A stretch of 64,000 bases of DNA from assembly GCA_001874335.1 (NCBI GenBank), contig MPDE01000012.1, positions 25,263 to 89,262 of the forward strand. Direction: 5' to 3'. This DNA comes from Bacteroidetes bacterium MedPE-SWsnd-G2 (GTDB lineage: Bacteria; Bacteroidota; Bacteroidia; Flavobacteriales; Flavobacteriaceae). A model generated the notes under the pieces. It was not told the origin of the DNA. It saw only the letters and a program-made list of their open reading frames with translations, and did no database searches. Position 1 is the stretch's first letter; every line of letters starts with the position of its first letter. Below are positions 29,692 to 38,805 of the stretch, in pieces. Position numbers and translations under genes: made by a program.

Positions 29692-30969
29692 ATGGAGAAA
29701 CAGAAAAAAGATCCTTATGCTGCCCTTAGGTATAAAGAGTTTAATACATTTTTATTGGTGCGATTTGCGCTTGTATTTGCTTGGTCCATGCAGTTTATTG
29801 TAATTGAATGGCAGGTGTATAGTTTAACTAAAGATCCACTTTCACTGGGTTTAATTGGTTTGATGGAAGTGATTCCCGCAGTCTCGATGGCCTTATTTGC
29901 AGGACATATTGTTGATCAAAAAGAAAAACGAAACTTATTGGCCACCTGTATTGCAGCCTTTTCCCTTATTAGTTTTGGGCTGTTCCTGTTAACCTGGCCT
30001 AAAGTGGTTGGAGATTTAGACACCAATACCGTGCTATACGGGATATATGCCTTAGTCTTTTTTGGCGGATTTTTAAGATCATTTTTTGGACCAACTATAT
30101 TTTCTCTTGTGGCTTTAATTGTGCCTAAAAAGGTATATCCTAACGCTGCTACCTGGTCCAGTTCTACTTGGCAAATGGCTTCTGTTTTGGGCCCTGCTTT
30201 TGCAGGGTTTTCTATAAATTGGATTGGTGTTCACTGGTCCTTATGTATCATATTTGGATTGGTGTTGTTTTCATTTTTTGTCTTACTCAAAATATCTAAA
30301 AAGCCAATTCTTAATCCGAAAATTGGTGAGCCAATTATGGACAGCTTGAAAGAGGGGATTAAGTTTGTGTACAAGACAAAAGCTATTTTGGGAGCTATTA
30401 CCTTGGATATGGTTGCCGTTTTATTTGGAGGCGCCGTTGCGCTTTTACCAATATTCGCACAGGATATTTTGAAAGTAGGACCTGAAGGGTTTGGAGTCTT
30501 GAGAGCTGCGCCTGCAATTGGTGCTTTTGTGACGATGTTTGTTACGGCTTATATTCCGATTAGTAAGAATGCAGGAATGAAGCTTCTTGCAGCCATATTT
30601 GGATTTGGGATTTGTATTATAGTATTCGGATTGTCCTCCATATATTGGGTTTCGGTATTAGCCCTGTTTTTTAGTGGTGTAACAGATGGTGTGTCTGTGG
30701 TTATTAGGCAAACCATTTTACAGTTGAAAACACCAGATCATATGCGAGGTCGCGTAGCTTCTGTGAACTCCATGTTTGTGGGCTCTTCAAATGAGCTTGG
30801 AGCTTTTGAAAGCGGATTAACTGCTAAATTATTGGGAACCGTTCAGGCAGTAGTTTTTGGAGGAACAATGACATTAATTACTGTGGTAACTACAGGAATT
30901 GTATCACCCTCATTTAGAAAGTTAGACTTATCAAAAGATTTGGAAGATCACGAAAGTGGAGCGTCGTAG
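29692..30969 (+). CDS. MFS transporter
   Basis: About 12 predicted TM helices. Its 3' end overlaps the lpxH 3' end by 22 nt. Confidence 0.85.
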   Translation: MEKQKKDPYAALRYKEFNTFLLVRFALVFAWSMQFIVIEWQVYSLTKDPLSLGLIGLMEVIPAVSMALFAGHIVDQKEKRNLLATCIAAFSLISFGLFLLTWPKVVGDLDTNTVLYGIYALVFFGGFLRSFFGPTIFSLVALIVPKKVYPNAATWSSSTWQMASVLGPAFAGFSINWIGVHWSLCIIFGLVLFSFFVLLKISKKPILNPKIGEPIMDSLKEGIKFVYKTKAILGAITLDMVAVLFGGAVALLPIFAQDILKVGPEGFGVLRAAPAIGAFVTMFVTAYIPISKNAGMKLLAAIFGFGICIIVFGLSSIYWVSVLALFFSGVTDGVSVVIRQTILQLKTPDHMRGRVASVNSMFVGSSNELGAFESGLTAKLLGTVQAVVFGGTMTLITVVTTGIVSPSFRKLDLSKDLEDHESGAS

Positions 30970-31715
30970 GTTTTAAGCGTTAAGTTTTCTCCATCAAATT
31001 CACCATAGGTATAATAGCCAATCCAATCGCCTAAATTCACATATTTAGAGTCCTTGTCTAAATCTATTTCTAATGGTAAATGTCGGTGACCAAACACAAA
31101 ATAATCTCTATGTTTTTCGCTTAGTTTTCGTTTGCTATATTGAACCAACCATTCATTATCTTGACCTAAGAATTTGGCATCTTCGTCTCCAGAAATCAAT
31201 TTGTTTTTAACCGACATATATTGGGCTATTTTAACGCCAATGTCTGGATGCAACCATCTAAACAACCATTGAAAGAAAGGACTTGTAAACACTTTTTTCA
31301 TTCGCTTAAATCCTTTGTCTCCAGGGCCTAATCCGTCGCCATGACCAATAAAAAAAATGGTATTATTAAAAGTAAATTCTTTAGGCTTATGGTAAACCGG
31401 AATATTTAATTCTTCTTCAAAATAGCCATTCATCCAAAGGTCGTGATTCCCGACAAAAAAATGAATAGGAATTCCTGCATCAGAGAGTTCTGCTAATTTT
31501 CCAAGTGTACGGGTAAATCCTTTTGGGACTACTGTTTTGTACTCAAACCAGAAATCGAAAAGATCACCAATTAAAAATATTGCTGCAGCGTCTTCTTTAA
31601 TTTCATCTAACCAAGCTACAAACTTTTTTTCTCTAGGCAATGAAGCCTCTTTAGTAGGTGCTCCTAAGTGATTGTCTGAAGCGAAGTAAACTTTTTTTCC
31701 TTTAGGGATTTGCAT
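30948..31715 (-). CDS. lpxH: UDP-2,3-diacylglucosamine diphosphatase
   Basis: Calcineurin-like metallophosphoesterase motifs SDNHLG, GDLFDFWFEY, GNHD, GHGD and GHRH. Confidence 0.88.
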   Translation of the reverse strand: MQIPKGKKVYFASDNHLGAPTKEASLPREKKFVAWLDEIKEDAAAIFLIGDLFDFWFEYKTVVPKGFTRTLGKLAELSDAGIPIHFFVGNHDLWMNGYFEEELNIPVYHKPKEFTFNNTIFFIGHGDGLGPGDKGFKRMKKVFTSPFFQWLFRWLHPDIGVKIAQYMSVKNKLISGDEDAKFLGQDNEWLVQYSKRKLSEKHRDYFVFGHRHLPLEIDLDKDSKYVNLGDWIGYYTYGEFDGENLTLKTYDAPLS

Positions 31716-31771
31716 GTGATAAATATAAGCAATGTTTTTAAGGCACTGCTGAGGTCAAATTTAAAATCTAA

Positions 31772-32224
31772 TTAGCTATTGTCGCTAGCATACCACTCGG
31801 CATAAGAGCTATCTGTTTCTTGAAGTTTTAAAGAGTGTAACTTAATGTGGTTTGGTAGTTGCTTGGTGATTTTTTGTGCAAAATCAATAACCATCATTTC
31901 ACTGGTAGGTTGATATTCAACTAGTAACACATTGTGACCGCGTTGTTTTAACTCCTGAGCTAATTCTAAGTGAGGTGTGTTTTTGTTAAATACAGTAGCA
32001 TGGTCAAAAACATCAACAATTTCGTTTTTAACAATATGCTTTAGATCACCAAAATCGATAACCATTCCGTTTTTAACATGACTTTGATCGATTATTGGAC
32101 TCCCAATTACTGTAACCGATAATTTATAACTGTGACCATGCACGTTTTTGCATTTACCGTCGTAACCGTATAGTGCATGTCCAGTCTCAAAAGAGAACTG
32201 CTTGGTAATTCTAATTTTACTCAT
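31772..32224 (-). CDS. queD: 6-carboxytetrahydropterin synthase
   Basis: FSFETGHAL....C.NVHGHSYKL motif and a length of ~150 aa. Confidence 0.92.
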   Translation of the reverse strand: MSKIRITKQFSFETGHALYGYDGKCKNVHGHSYKLSVTVIGSPIIDQSHVKNGMVIDFGDLKHIVKNEIVDVFDHATVFNKNTPHLELAQELKQRGHNVLLVEYQPTSEMMVIDFAQKITKQLPNHIKLHSLKLQETDSSYAEWYASDNS

Positions 32225-32242
32225 ATTTATAGTTTTAACGGT

Positions 32243-32344
32243 CTATCTTCTGCCTTTACGTTTGTTTACAAAGTATACGATTACTAGCACTAATCCCAAG
32301 ATTAGAAATAAACCATTTCCGCCTAAAAAATTTAATATATCCAT
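32243..32344 (-). CDS. 33-aa single-TM peptide (MDILNFLGGNGLFLILGLVLVIVYFVNKRKGRR)
   Basis: Internal ATG of the 63-aa track ORF. One hydrophobic helix plus a basic tail. It starts 1 nt after the stop of the upstream small ORF. Confidence 0.4.
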   Translation of the reverse strand: MDILNFLGGNGLFLILGLVLVIVYFVNKRKGRR

Positions 32345-32345
32345 T

Positions 32346-32522
32346 TTAGTTATCCTTAAAAGTTCGGTTTTTACTTTTATTATATATGATATAAGCCAAT
32401 ACCACAAGAACAACAAAAGGCAATAACGAGCCAATAAAAACGCCTATTTCATAACTGCTATCTGGTGCGTTTTCAATTTTTTCTTCTATTGATAAATCTT
32501 GTAAAAAGAGTGCAAGTCTCAT
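32346..32522 (-). CDS. 58-aa single-TM peptide (MRLALFLQDLSIEEKIENAPDSSYEIGVFIGSLLPFVVLVVLAYIIYNKSKNRTFKDN)
   Basis: Internal ATG of the 69-aa track ORF. Acidic N-terminal part, one TM helix and a basic tail. Confidence 0.45.
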   Translation of the reverse strand: MRLALFLQDLSIEEKIENAPDSSYEIGVFIGSLLPFVVLVVLAYIIYNKSKNRTFKDN

Positions 32523-32557
32523 ATGTATATAAATAATTAGTGACAAAGTTAACAAGA

Positions 32558-33883
32558 TTACTGCCCTTGAGAAAACTGTTGTCTAAATTTTATGATAAGG
32601 GGGATTCCTCGGGCTATTATCCAAAAGGTCATAGCGGTAAAAATACCCTTTAATTTCCAATCTAAATTGTGCAATAAAAAAACAGCAGGAACAAACACTA
32701 AAAAGGTGGCCACCAGTAATAAATTTCGAAGGAATTTCATTTGACCTAAGCCTTTAAACATGCCGTCAAAAATGAAGGCTAAGGCACAAATTGGCTGCAT
32801 TAGAAGTACAATCCAAAATACGGCTTCAAATTGTTTTAAAACATCAGGGTCTTGAGAAAACAAGGTGCCAATATGGTTGTACCCCAAAGCGCCTAATCCA
32901 GCTAAAATAAGTCCGACAGCTATACCATACCCAATTAATTTATTGCTTAAAGCTATTAATAAATCATAACGTTTTTGTCCATATAATTTTCCGGAAAGTA
33001 TGTTGCCAGCGCTGGCGTAACCATCAATAACAAAAGCTCCTAAAAACCATAAGTTTATAGCAATTGTATAGGCTGCAATATATTGCTTGCCATAACTTGT
33101 AGCTAAGGCACTGGCGATGTAAAGAGTGACATTTAAGGCTATGGTACGCACAAATAGATTGAGTATCATATTTATAAAGCGTCCAATTTCTTGATTTAGA
33201 GGCCAGCTTATTTTTAAGGGAATTGTTGTTTTTTTAAGCAATAATACTGCCGAAATAATGGCCATTAAACCTTGAGCAATAACACTTGCCCATGCGGCAC
33301 CCTTGATGTGCATGGCCGGGATAATATCGGTAATGCCATAGACCAAAATAATGTCTAAAACAATGTTTGCTAAGGTTCCGATGATTGCTATTATCATAGG
33401 TAAGAAGGTGTTTTGTAGCCCCCTAAAGGTGCCAAAAACGGCTATCGTAAATAAGGTAAAAGGAAAGCCCCAGATTCTTATTTTATAATAATCGACACTA
33501 TAATCTAAAATGATGTCTGTAGCATTGTATAATTTGAAAATTTGAGATGCAAATGGATAAGTAACTCCAATAATTATAAGACTTGTAAGGGTTATAATTA
33601 CTATTGCTTGAGCTGGAAGTGATTTGATGTCTTCCAGTTTTCCAGCACCTAAATACTGAGATACCAGTGAGGATATTGCCGATCTTGATTGTCCAAAAAC
33701 CCAAATTAACATCGACAAAAATGTAGTGACGATTCCCACAGCGGCCAATGATTCTGTTGGGTAATGGTTTACGTTTCCAACTATAGCAGCGTCTGTCAAC
33801 GATAATATAGGTTCTGATACTCCCGAGATTAATGCGGGAATAGCTAAGCTGTTTATATGTTTAAAACTAATGGAAGTACTCAC
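32558..33883 (-). CDS. MATE family efflux transporter
   Basis: 12-TM profile typical of MATE/DinF-like proteins. Its GTG start overlaps the GNAT stop (GTGA). Confidence 0.9.
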   Translation of the reverse strand: MSTSISFKHINSLAIPALISGVSEPILSLTDAAIVGNVNHYPTESLAAVGIVTTFLSMLIWVFGQSRSAISSLVSQYLGAGKLEDIKSLPAQAIVIITLTSLIIIGVTYPFASQIFKLYNATDIILDYSVDYYKIRIWGFPFTLFTIAVFGTFRGLQNTFLPMIIAIIGTLANIVLDIILVYGITDIIPAMHIKGAAWASVIAQGLMAIISAVLLLKKTTIPLKISWPLNQEIGRFINMILNLFVRTIALNVTLYIASALATSYGKQYIAAYTIAINLWFLGAFVIDGYASAGNILSGKLYGQKRYDLLIALSNKLIGYGIAVGLILAGLGALGYNHIGTLFSQDPDVLKQFEAVFWIVLLMQPICALAFIFDGMFKGLGQMKFLRNLLLVATFLVFVPAVFLLHNLDWKLKGIFTAMTFWIIARGIPLIIKFRQQFSQGQ

Positions 33884-34392
33884 AACACCAATTCATAACA
33901 GTAAAACGGATGTTCACTTTGTTTTGGAAAAAAGATAGTCCCTAATCGTTGATAGCCGCGTTGTTCATAAAACTTCTGATTTCTTTTATTTTGTGAAAAG
34001 GTGTCTAAACGTACAGATACCCTTTTTTGTGATTTCGCTTTACTTTCAGCAAAATCCATGAGGTCTTGCGCATAGCCTTTACCTTGATGATCTGGGTGAA
34101 TTGCTAATCTATGTATGTAAAAGGAATTGTTGTTTGGGGTAAGCCAAGTAATAGGTTTGTACTCCTCATCCATAAAAGTAGAGATGACGACACAGCCTAT
34201 AATGGCCTTATTGCCTTCAAGTACAAAAAGCTCTTGCCTTGCAATGTCGTTTTCAAAAGCTGCTGAATTTGGATAATGTTCATTCCATTGGAAAATACCC
34301 TTAGCAATCATGTGTCTTGCGCAGGCTTTAGTAAGTGAAAGTAAGTTGTTAATATCTTGACTATTAGCAATCCTAATCATTGTTTTTTTCAA
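33880..34392 (-). CDS. GNAT family N-acetyltransferase
   Basis: Acetyl-CoA binding motif HPDHQGKGYAQDLM and a length of ~170 aa. Confidence 0.88.
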   Translation of the reverse strand: MKKTMIRIANSQDINNLLSLTKACARHMIAKGIFQWNEHYPNSAAFENDIARQELFVLEGNKAIIGCVVISTFMDEEYKPITWLTPNNNSFYIHRLAIHPDHQGKGYAQDLMDFAESKAKSQKRVSVRLDTFSQNKRNQKFYEQRGYQRLGTIFFPKQSEHPFYCYELVL

Positions 34393-34474
34393 AAAATTAA
34401 AGTGGTAAAGGTATAGAAAAGCACTTTGAAATTACGATTTATTTACTCAACTTTACAATGTAAAATAAAGTAAA

Positions 34475-34548
34475 GGGGATGTAGCTCAGCTGGCTAGAGC
34501 GCTTGACTGGCAGTCAAGAGGTCGTGGGTTCGAGTCCCATCTTCTCCA
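34475..34548 (+). tRNA. tRNA-Ala (anticodon GGC)
   Basis: Cloverleaf folded by hand. Acceptor ggggatg/cttctcc with the G3:U70 identity pair, anticodon loop ctGGCag, T-loop ttcgagt, discriminator A. No encoded CCA. Confidence 0.93.
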
Positions 34549-34557
34549 CTAAAATAG

Positions 34558-34594
34558 AATCGTGATATTTGACATTGAATATCACGATTTTTTA
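34558..34594 (+). terminator. Intrinsic terminator after tRNA-Ala
   Basis: 12-bp hairpin aatcgtgatatt-loop-aatatcacgatt followed by a T-run. Confidence 0.75.
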
Positions 34595-34709
34595 TACTAA
34601 TCCTTAAAAAGATAATGGTTAGGATTGTTTTACTTCATCTTGCGAAATAGTTTAATCAATTCTAAACCTTAAAAGAAAGCTACGGTCTAAAGATCTGAAG
34701 ATATAAATT

Positions 34710-35705
34710 ATGAGAACAAAATCTATTTGGTATTTGGTTGTATTGGCTATCGTTTTAATGGCGTGTAGTGACGATGATCCAGAACCATCAGGTCCGGAGG
34801 AAACCAACCCGAAAGTTTCGAGTAGTTCGACCTATCAAGTATTGTTAGAAGAAAATGTGGTGTATGGATATGGTCTCCATCATGAGAGTTTAAACAGTGC
34901 AGCTTTTTCTATGGAACCATTGGCATTGGATGTTTACTATCCTGATAACGATATAGAAAAGAGGCCGGTGATTATGTTTATTCATGGCGGTGCATTTATT
35001 GGTGGATCAAAATCTCAGGGTCATATAATTTCCTTGGCCAATTATTTTGCTTCAAGGGGTTGGGTGTTTGTTTCGATAGATTATAGATTGAGAGACGATA
35101 TAGGGAGTGTTCCTCAAGAGTGGGTTGATTTTTCGCAATTAACACCAATTGAAGATGTTTCAAAATTCTTAGCGATATATCCTGCACATCGTGATGCTAA
35201 AGCTGCAATGCGATGGCTTGTTTCAAATGCTTCAACCTTTAATATCGACACCAATTACATATCAGTTGGAGGAGGATCGGCAGGAGCAGTTACAGCTATT
35301 ACTTTGGGGATTTCACATGAAGAAGATTATAGAGATGAATTGTCTATAGTACAAGACCCAAGTTTAGAAACGACACATCTTAGCCAAACTTATCAAATTA
35401 AAACCATTCTCAATTTTTGGGGCACTAAAGTAGGGCTGGATGCCTTATCCGAAATTTACAATAAACAGCGTTTTGATGAGGATAACCCGCCATTGTTTAT
35501 TGCTCATGGCACTTTAGATGATATTGTTCCTTTTAGCCATGCAGAAGATTTGAAATCAATTTATGAAAATCTTAAATTGCCTTTAGCCTATTATCCTTTA
35601 GAAGGTTTTGGCCACAGTGCTTGGAATGCCACTTATAATGGTCAAAGCTTAGAAGAATTAGCATTCGATTTTATTGTGGAACAACAAAACCTCATTGTTG
35701 AATAG
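34710..35705 (+). CDS. Alpha/beta hydrolase (esterase) lipoprotein
   Basis: Lipobox LMACSDD, oxyanion HGGAFIGG, nucleophile elbow GGGSAGA and a C-terminal HGTLDD..V / GHS. Confidence 0.85.
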   Translation: MRTKSIWYLVVLAIVLMACSDDDPEPSGPEETNPKVSSSSTYQVLLEENVVYGYGLHHESLNSAAFSMEPLALDVYYPDNDIEKRPVIMFIHGGAFIGGSKSQGHIISLANYFASRGWVFVSIDYRLRDDIGSVPQEWVDFSQLTPIEDVSKFLAIYPAHRDAKAAMRWLVSNASTFNIDTNYISVGGGSAGAVTAITLGISHEEDYRDELSIVQDPSLETTHLSQTYQIKTILNFWGTKVGLDALSEIYNKQRFDEDNPPLFIAHGTLDDIVPFSHAEDLKSIYENLKLPLAYYPLEGFGHSAWNATYNGQSLEELAFDFIVEQQNLIVE

Positions 35706-35725
35706 ATTTTTTGAAACAAACTTAA

Positions 35726-36073
35726 ATGACTTTAATAGAACTAAGAAATGATATTAAATGGTGGGAATCTAAAAGATGGATTTTTTCTGTAGCAGTACTT
35801 TGTGTTTCCATATTAGGGTTGCATAAAGGGATTTCTAATACAGATCAGTATTCTTGGTGTTTTGATGATGTTGTAAGTTTGTCTATTTGGTTGTTAGGAG
35901 CCAATATCTTCTATTCGGTTGGTTTATTATCCGAAATTTTTGATTGGTACTACTTTAAGGGAAAATTTCGCTTAAAAAAGTTTAAGCACCTAATTTTTGT
36001 ATTCGGTTTATTGTTTAGCTGTTTATATTCCTTTTTTTATCACTTTATGGCAATTGCTTGGAATTTTTGGTAA
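35726..36073 (+). CDS. Small hypothetical membrane protein
   Basis: Three to four hydrophobic segments and no recognisable motif. Confidence 0.5.
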   Translation: MTLIELRNDIKWWESKRWIFSVAVLCVSILGLHKGISNTDQYSWCFDDVVSLSIWLLGANIFYSVGLLSEIFDWYYFKGKFRLKKFKHLIFVFGLLFSCLYSFFYHFMAIAWNFW

Positions 36074-36343
36074 ATCTCTACCGATGCCTTTTTTGTAGTA
36101 ATAGGATTGAACGAATTAGCCTTCGTATTGAGTGACTTTATGTTATATTTGGCGCTTAATAATTATAACTTGAAGTTGATTCTAAAGAGTCCTTGGTTTA
36201 CTTGTTTGTGTTTGGAAGCGAAAAATCAACTTTTATAATGCAAGGTATGGGTAAGGATTTTAGTGAGACTTCCCTTCAGGAATATTCCTTGTTTTTGGAA
36301 CATCTGGAGTTGAAACCATAATGAGAACAATCATTCATATTTG

Positions 36344-36383
36344 AAAATCCCCGTCATACAATTATGTATAACGGGGTTTTTTT
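36344..36383. terminator. Bidirectional intrinsic terminator
   Basis: Long hairpin ccccgt-c-ataca-atta-tgtat-a-acgggg with aaaa upstream and T7 downstream. It abuts the stop of the minus-strand gene at 36382. Confidence 0.7.
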
Positions 36384-38187
36384 ATTTTTTCCTTTGGGCT
36401 TTAATTATGCCGTTTGGCTGAATCATTTTAATGGTGTCAAAAACACCACTTTCATTCGGGATAAATTCAATTTTAAATCCATCTAATACTTTTAAATTAA
36501 ACTTGTGGGTATCGGTTGCTAAAAGTTCGTATTCTGGTTGACCTTTTACAAAGGCGAACAGCACATCTTTTTTGGTGTATATCTTTATCTCCATTCCGTT
36601 TAATTCGAACACACCTACATATGCATTTAAAATGTCTGTTTTTACATCCATAGGTTTTGGACTGTGTTTAAAAACAATGGGATCTAAAGTGGGTTCTACT
36701 TTCATACTTGAGCTGCTAATCTCACCCATTTTATTAGACTCGAAGGTTATAAAAAGGCCATTTCCACTTTCAGAAGTGTCAATTCCTTCTTCGGTTACTT
36801 CAAAAGGTTCAAAGACATCATAGTGATAATGCTTTAGGTATAAGGTTGCATTTGGAGCGTGTAAAAAGATGGAGTCATTAGATTTAGATATTTCAAATGT
36901 TCCGTAGCCTGGATTATTGTAAATGCCCTGGTAATCGTCTAGACGATGTGATGGCGAAGTGTTTTCAACCTGTAATGTTTCTACCTCTTCGTCTGTTTTG
37001 TTTTTCTTTTCTTCTTCTTGCTTAGCCTTTCGTTCTTCAAATTGTCCGGCCCAATCTGTTCTTGTAACCTTTAGCATTCGGTCTGAAACCGTATTTCTTA
37101 CCATACCTGGAACAGAAGAACCATTTTGATTACACAATACAACAACGCCTATATTGTCCATAGGAAAGAAGGCAACATTAGCTGAAAATCCATCAATATT
37201 TCCACCGTGCTCAACTCTATAATGCCCGCGATAAGAACTTAAAAACCACCCGTAACCATAATTTGCAAATTGCATTCCTGGAAATTTTTCGTCGGGAGTG
37301 TTTCCTCTAACCACCATTTGAGAGCTTATAGCTTCGTTGATATAGCGTTCTGATAATATTTGTTGGTCGTAATATTTTCCGTTATTAAGCCAAGTCATAA
37401 TCCATTTAGACATATCGTTAACACTACTATTAATGCTTCCCGCGGGACTCATGCCTGAGATGTTGTAATAATCCATTTTTTTAATGGTGTTGTCTTCTGT
37501 TAAACGATAACCTAATGATGCGTTACTGCTTTCTTTTAATTCAGAAATGGAAACGTTTGTTCGACTCATGCCTAAAGGCTCTAAAAATCGCTCCCTAATA
37601 TTGTCCTCCCAGCTTTTGTTAGTTATCCGTTCTGCGATAACACCTTGTGCTAAAAACATAAAATTATTGTAATACCATTGCTGACGAACCCCCGTAAAAG
37701 GCTCTTGATGGGTAATTCTTTGTAATAAACTGTCTTTATCTTTAGTTGGGAATAGGTACCATGAGCCATCATGTCTTGGTACTCCTGTTCTGTGACTCAT
37801 TAAATCTTTTATAATCACATTATTATTGAGATCGTTGGTGTTGAATTGGAAATCTGATAAATACTTTGAAGGTTTTTCATCGAAATCAATGAGGTTATCC
37901 TCTCTCAACTGTCCTAATATACCGCAAGTAAAAGCCTTAGTACTTGAGCCTATGGCAAAAAGGGTGTTGGCATCTACAGCTAATTTTTGCTCTAAATCTC
38001 TGTATCCAAAACCTTTAGAGTAGATGATTTTATCTCCTTCAACAATGGCTACTGCAAAACCTACGGCGTTTGTGACTTCTAGAATATTTTGTAATTCTTT
38101 GTCTAAATTTTTGAGACGTTTATCAGATTGAGAATATGTGTTTAATGAGAAAAATGCAGAGGCAATTATTAAAGCAAAATATTTCAT
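36382..38187 (-). CDS. Serine hydrolase of the beta-lactamase/penicillin-binding family with a C-terminal extra domain
   Basis: Signal peptide, SxxK motif in IGSSTKAF, and a ~200-aa C-terminal extension after a charged EEEKKNK linker. Confidence 0.88.
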   Translation of the reverse strand: MKYFALIIASAFFSLNTYSQSDKRLKNLDKELQNILEVTNAVGFAVAIVEGDKIIYSKGFGYRDLEQKLAVDANTLFAIGSSTKAFTCGILGQLREDNLIDFDEKPSKYLSDFQFNTNDLNNNVIIKDLMSHRTGVPRHDGSWYLFPTKDKDSLLQRITHQEPFTGVRQQWYYNNFMFLAQGVIAERITNKSWEDNIRERFLEPLGMSRTNVSISELKESSNASLGYRLTEDNTIKKMDYYNISGMSPAGSINSSVNDMSKWIMTWLNNGKYYDQQILSERYINEAISSQMVVRGNTPDEKFPGMQFANYGYGWFLSSYRGHYRVEHGGNIDGFSANVAFFPMDNIGVVVLCNQNGSSVPGMVRNTVSDRMLKVTRTDWAGQFEERKAKQEEEKKNKTDEEVETLQVENTSPSHRLDDYQGIYNNPGYGTFEISKSNDSIFLHAPNATLYLKHYHYDVFEPFEVTEEGIDTSESGNGLFITFESNKMGEISSSSMKVEPTLDPIVFKHSPKPMDVKTDILNAYVGVFELNGMEIKIYTKKDVLFAFVKGQPEYELLATDTHKFNLKVLDGFKIEFIPNESGVFDTIKMIQPNGIIKAQRKK

Positions 38188-38338
38188 ATATGTAAAAGGT
38201 TGATTATCAATAATAAAAATAAGCTAAATACTTGATTTAAAAAATGTTAGTGAATTGTTTTGTTTCATTGTGAATTTTGCAAACCGTTGGGAATAGTATA
38301 ACTTGGGTTTGAACTAACTAATATTTATTCTTATTAAT

Positions 38339-38773
38339 ATGATAACAGCAAATACATATTTAACCTTTAACGGTAACTGTGAAGCCGCTTTCAATTTTTA
38401 TAAATCGGTTTTCGGTGGTGATTTCGATTTCATCGGACGGTATAAAGAAATGCCCAATGACCCTAATTGCGAGGTAAATCCGGAAGACGCTGAAAAAATT
38501 ATGCATGTGAGCCTTAGGATAGGTGGTTCTACAATAATGGGTAGTGATACTGGAGGAGAATGGGCCGCAAATTATAAGGCCGGGAATAATTTTTCAATAT
38601 CTCTTAATGCGGAAAGTAAGGAAGAAGCTGATAGGTTGTTTAAAGCACTTTCTGAGGAAGGTTCAATCACTATGCCAATGAATACAACATTTTGGGGATC
38701 TTACTTTGGAATGTTTACGGATAAGTTTGGTATACAATGGATGATGAGCTTTGATACTAAACCAAAATTATAA
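38339..38773 (+). CDS. VOC (glyoxalase/PhnB-like) family protein
   Basis: YLTFNGNCEAAFNFYKSVFGG N-terminus and FWG..FG...DKFGIQW C-terminus, typical of the PhnB/YjdN-type fold. Confidence 0.85.
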   Translation: MITANTYLTFNGNCEAAFNFYKSVFGGDFDFIGRYKEMPNDPNCEVNPEDAEKIMHVSLRIGGSTIMGSDTGGEWAANYKAGNNFSISLNAESKEEADRLFKALSEEGSITMPMNTTFWGSYFGMFTDKFGIQWMMSFDTKPKL

Positions 38774-38778
38774 AAAGC

Positions 38779-38805
38779 TAAAGCCCCTAATCGGGGCTTT
38801 TTTTA
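38779..38805 (+). terminator. Intrinsic terminator after the VOC gene
   Basis: Hairpin aagcccc-taatc-ggggctt followed by T7. It overlaps the stop of the convergent gene. Confidence 0.7.

Noticed and set aside
36074-36343. 270-bp ORF-free region containing a 27-aa ORF (MQGMGKDFSETSLQEYSLFLEHLELKP)
   Set aside because: I saw no promoter box, structure or repeat, and the peptide is unrecognisable. It is probably a decayed or spacer sequence upstream of the bidirectional terminator.
34549-38773. Possible tRNA-Ala-associated genomic islet (esterase, membrane protein, 300-bp ORF-free stretch, beta-lactamase-like hydrolase, VOC protein)
   Set aside because: There is no integrase or other mobility gene. 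I could not find a direct repeat of the tRNA 3' end downstream, and there is no obvious compositional break.
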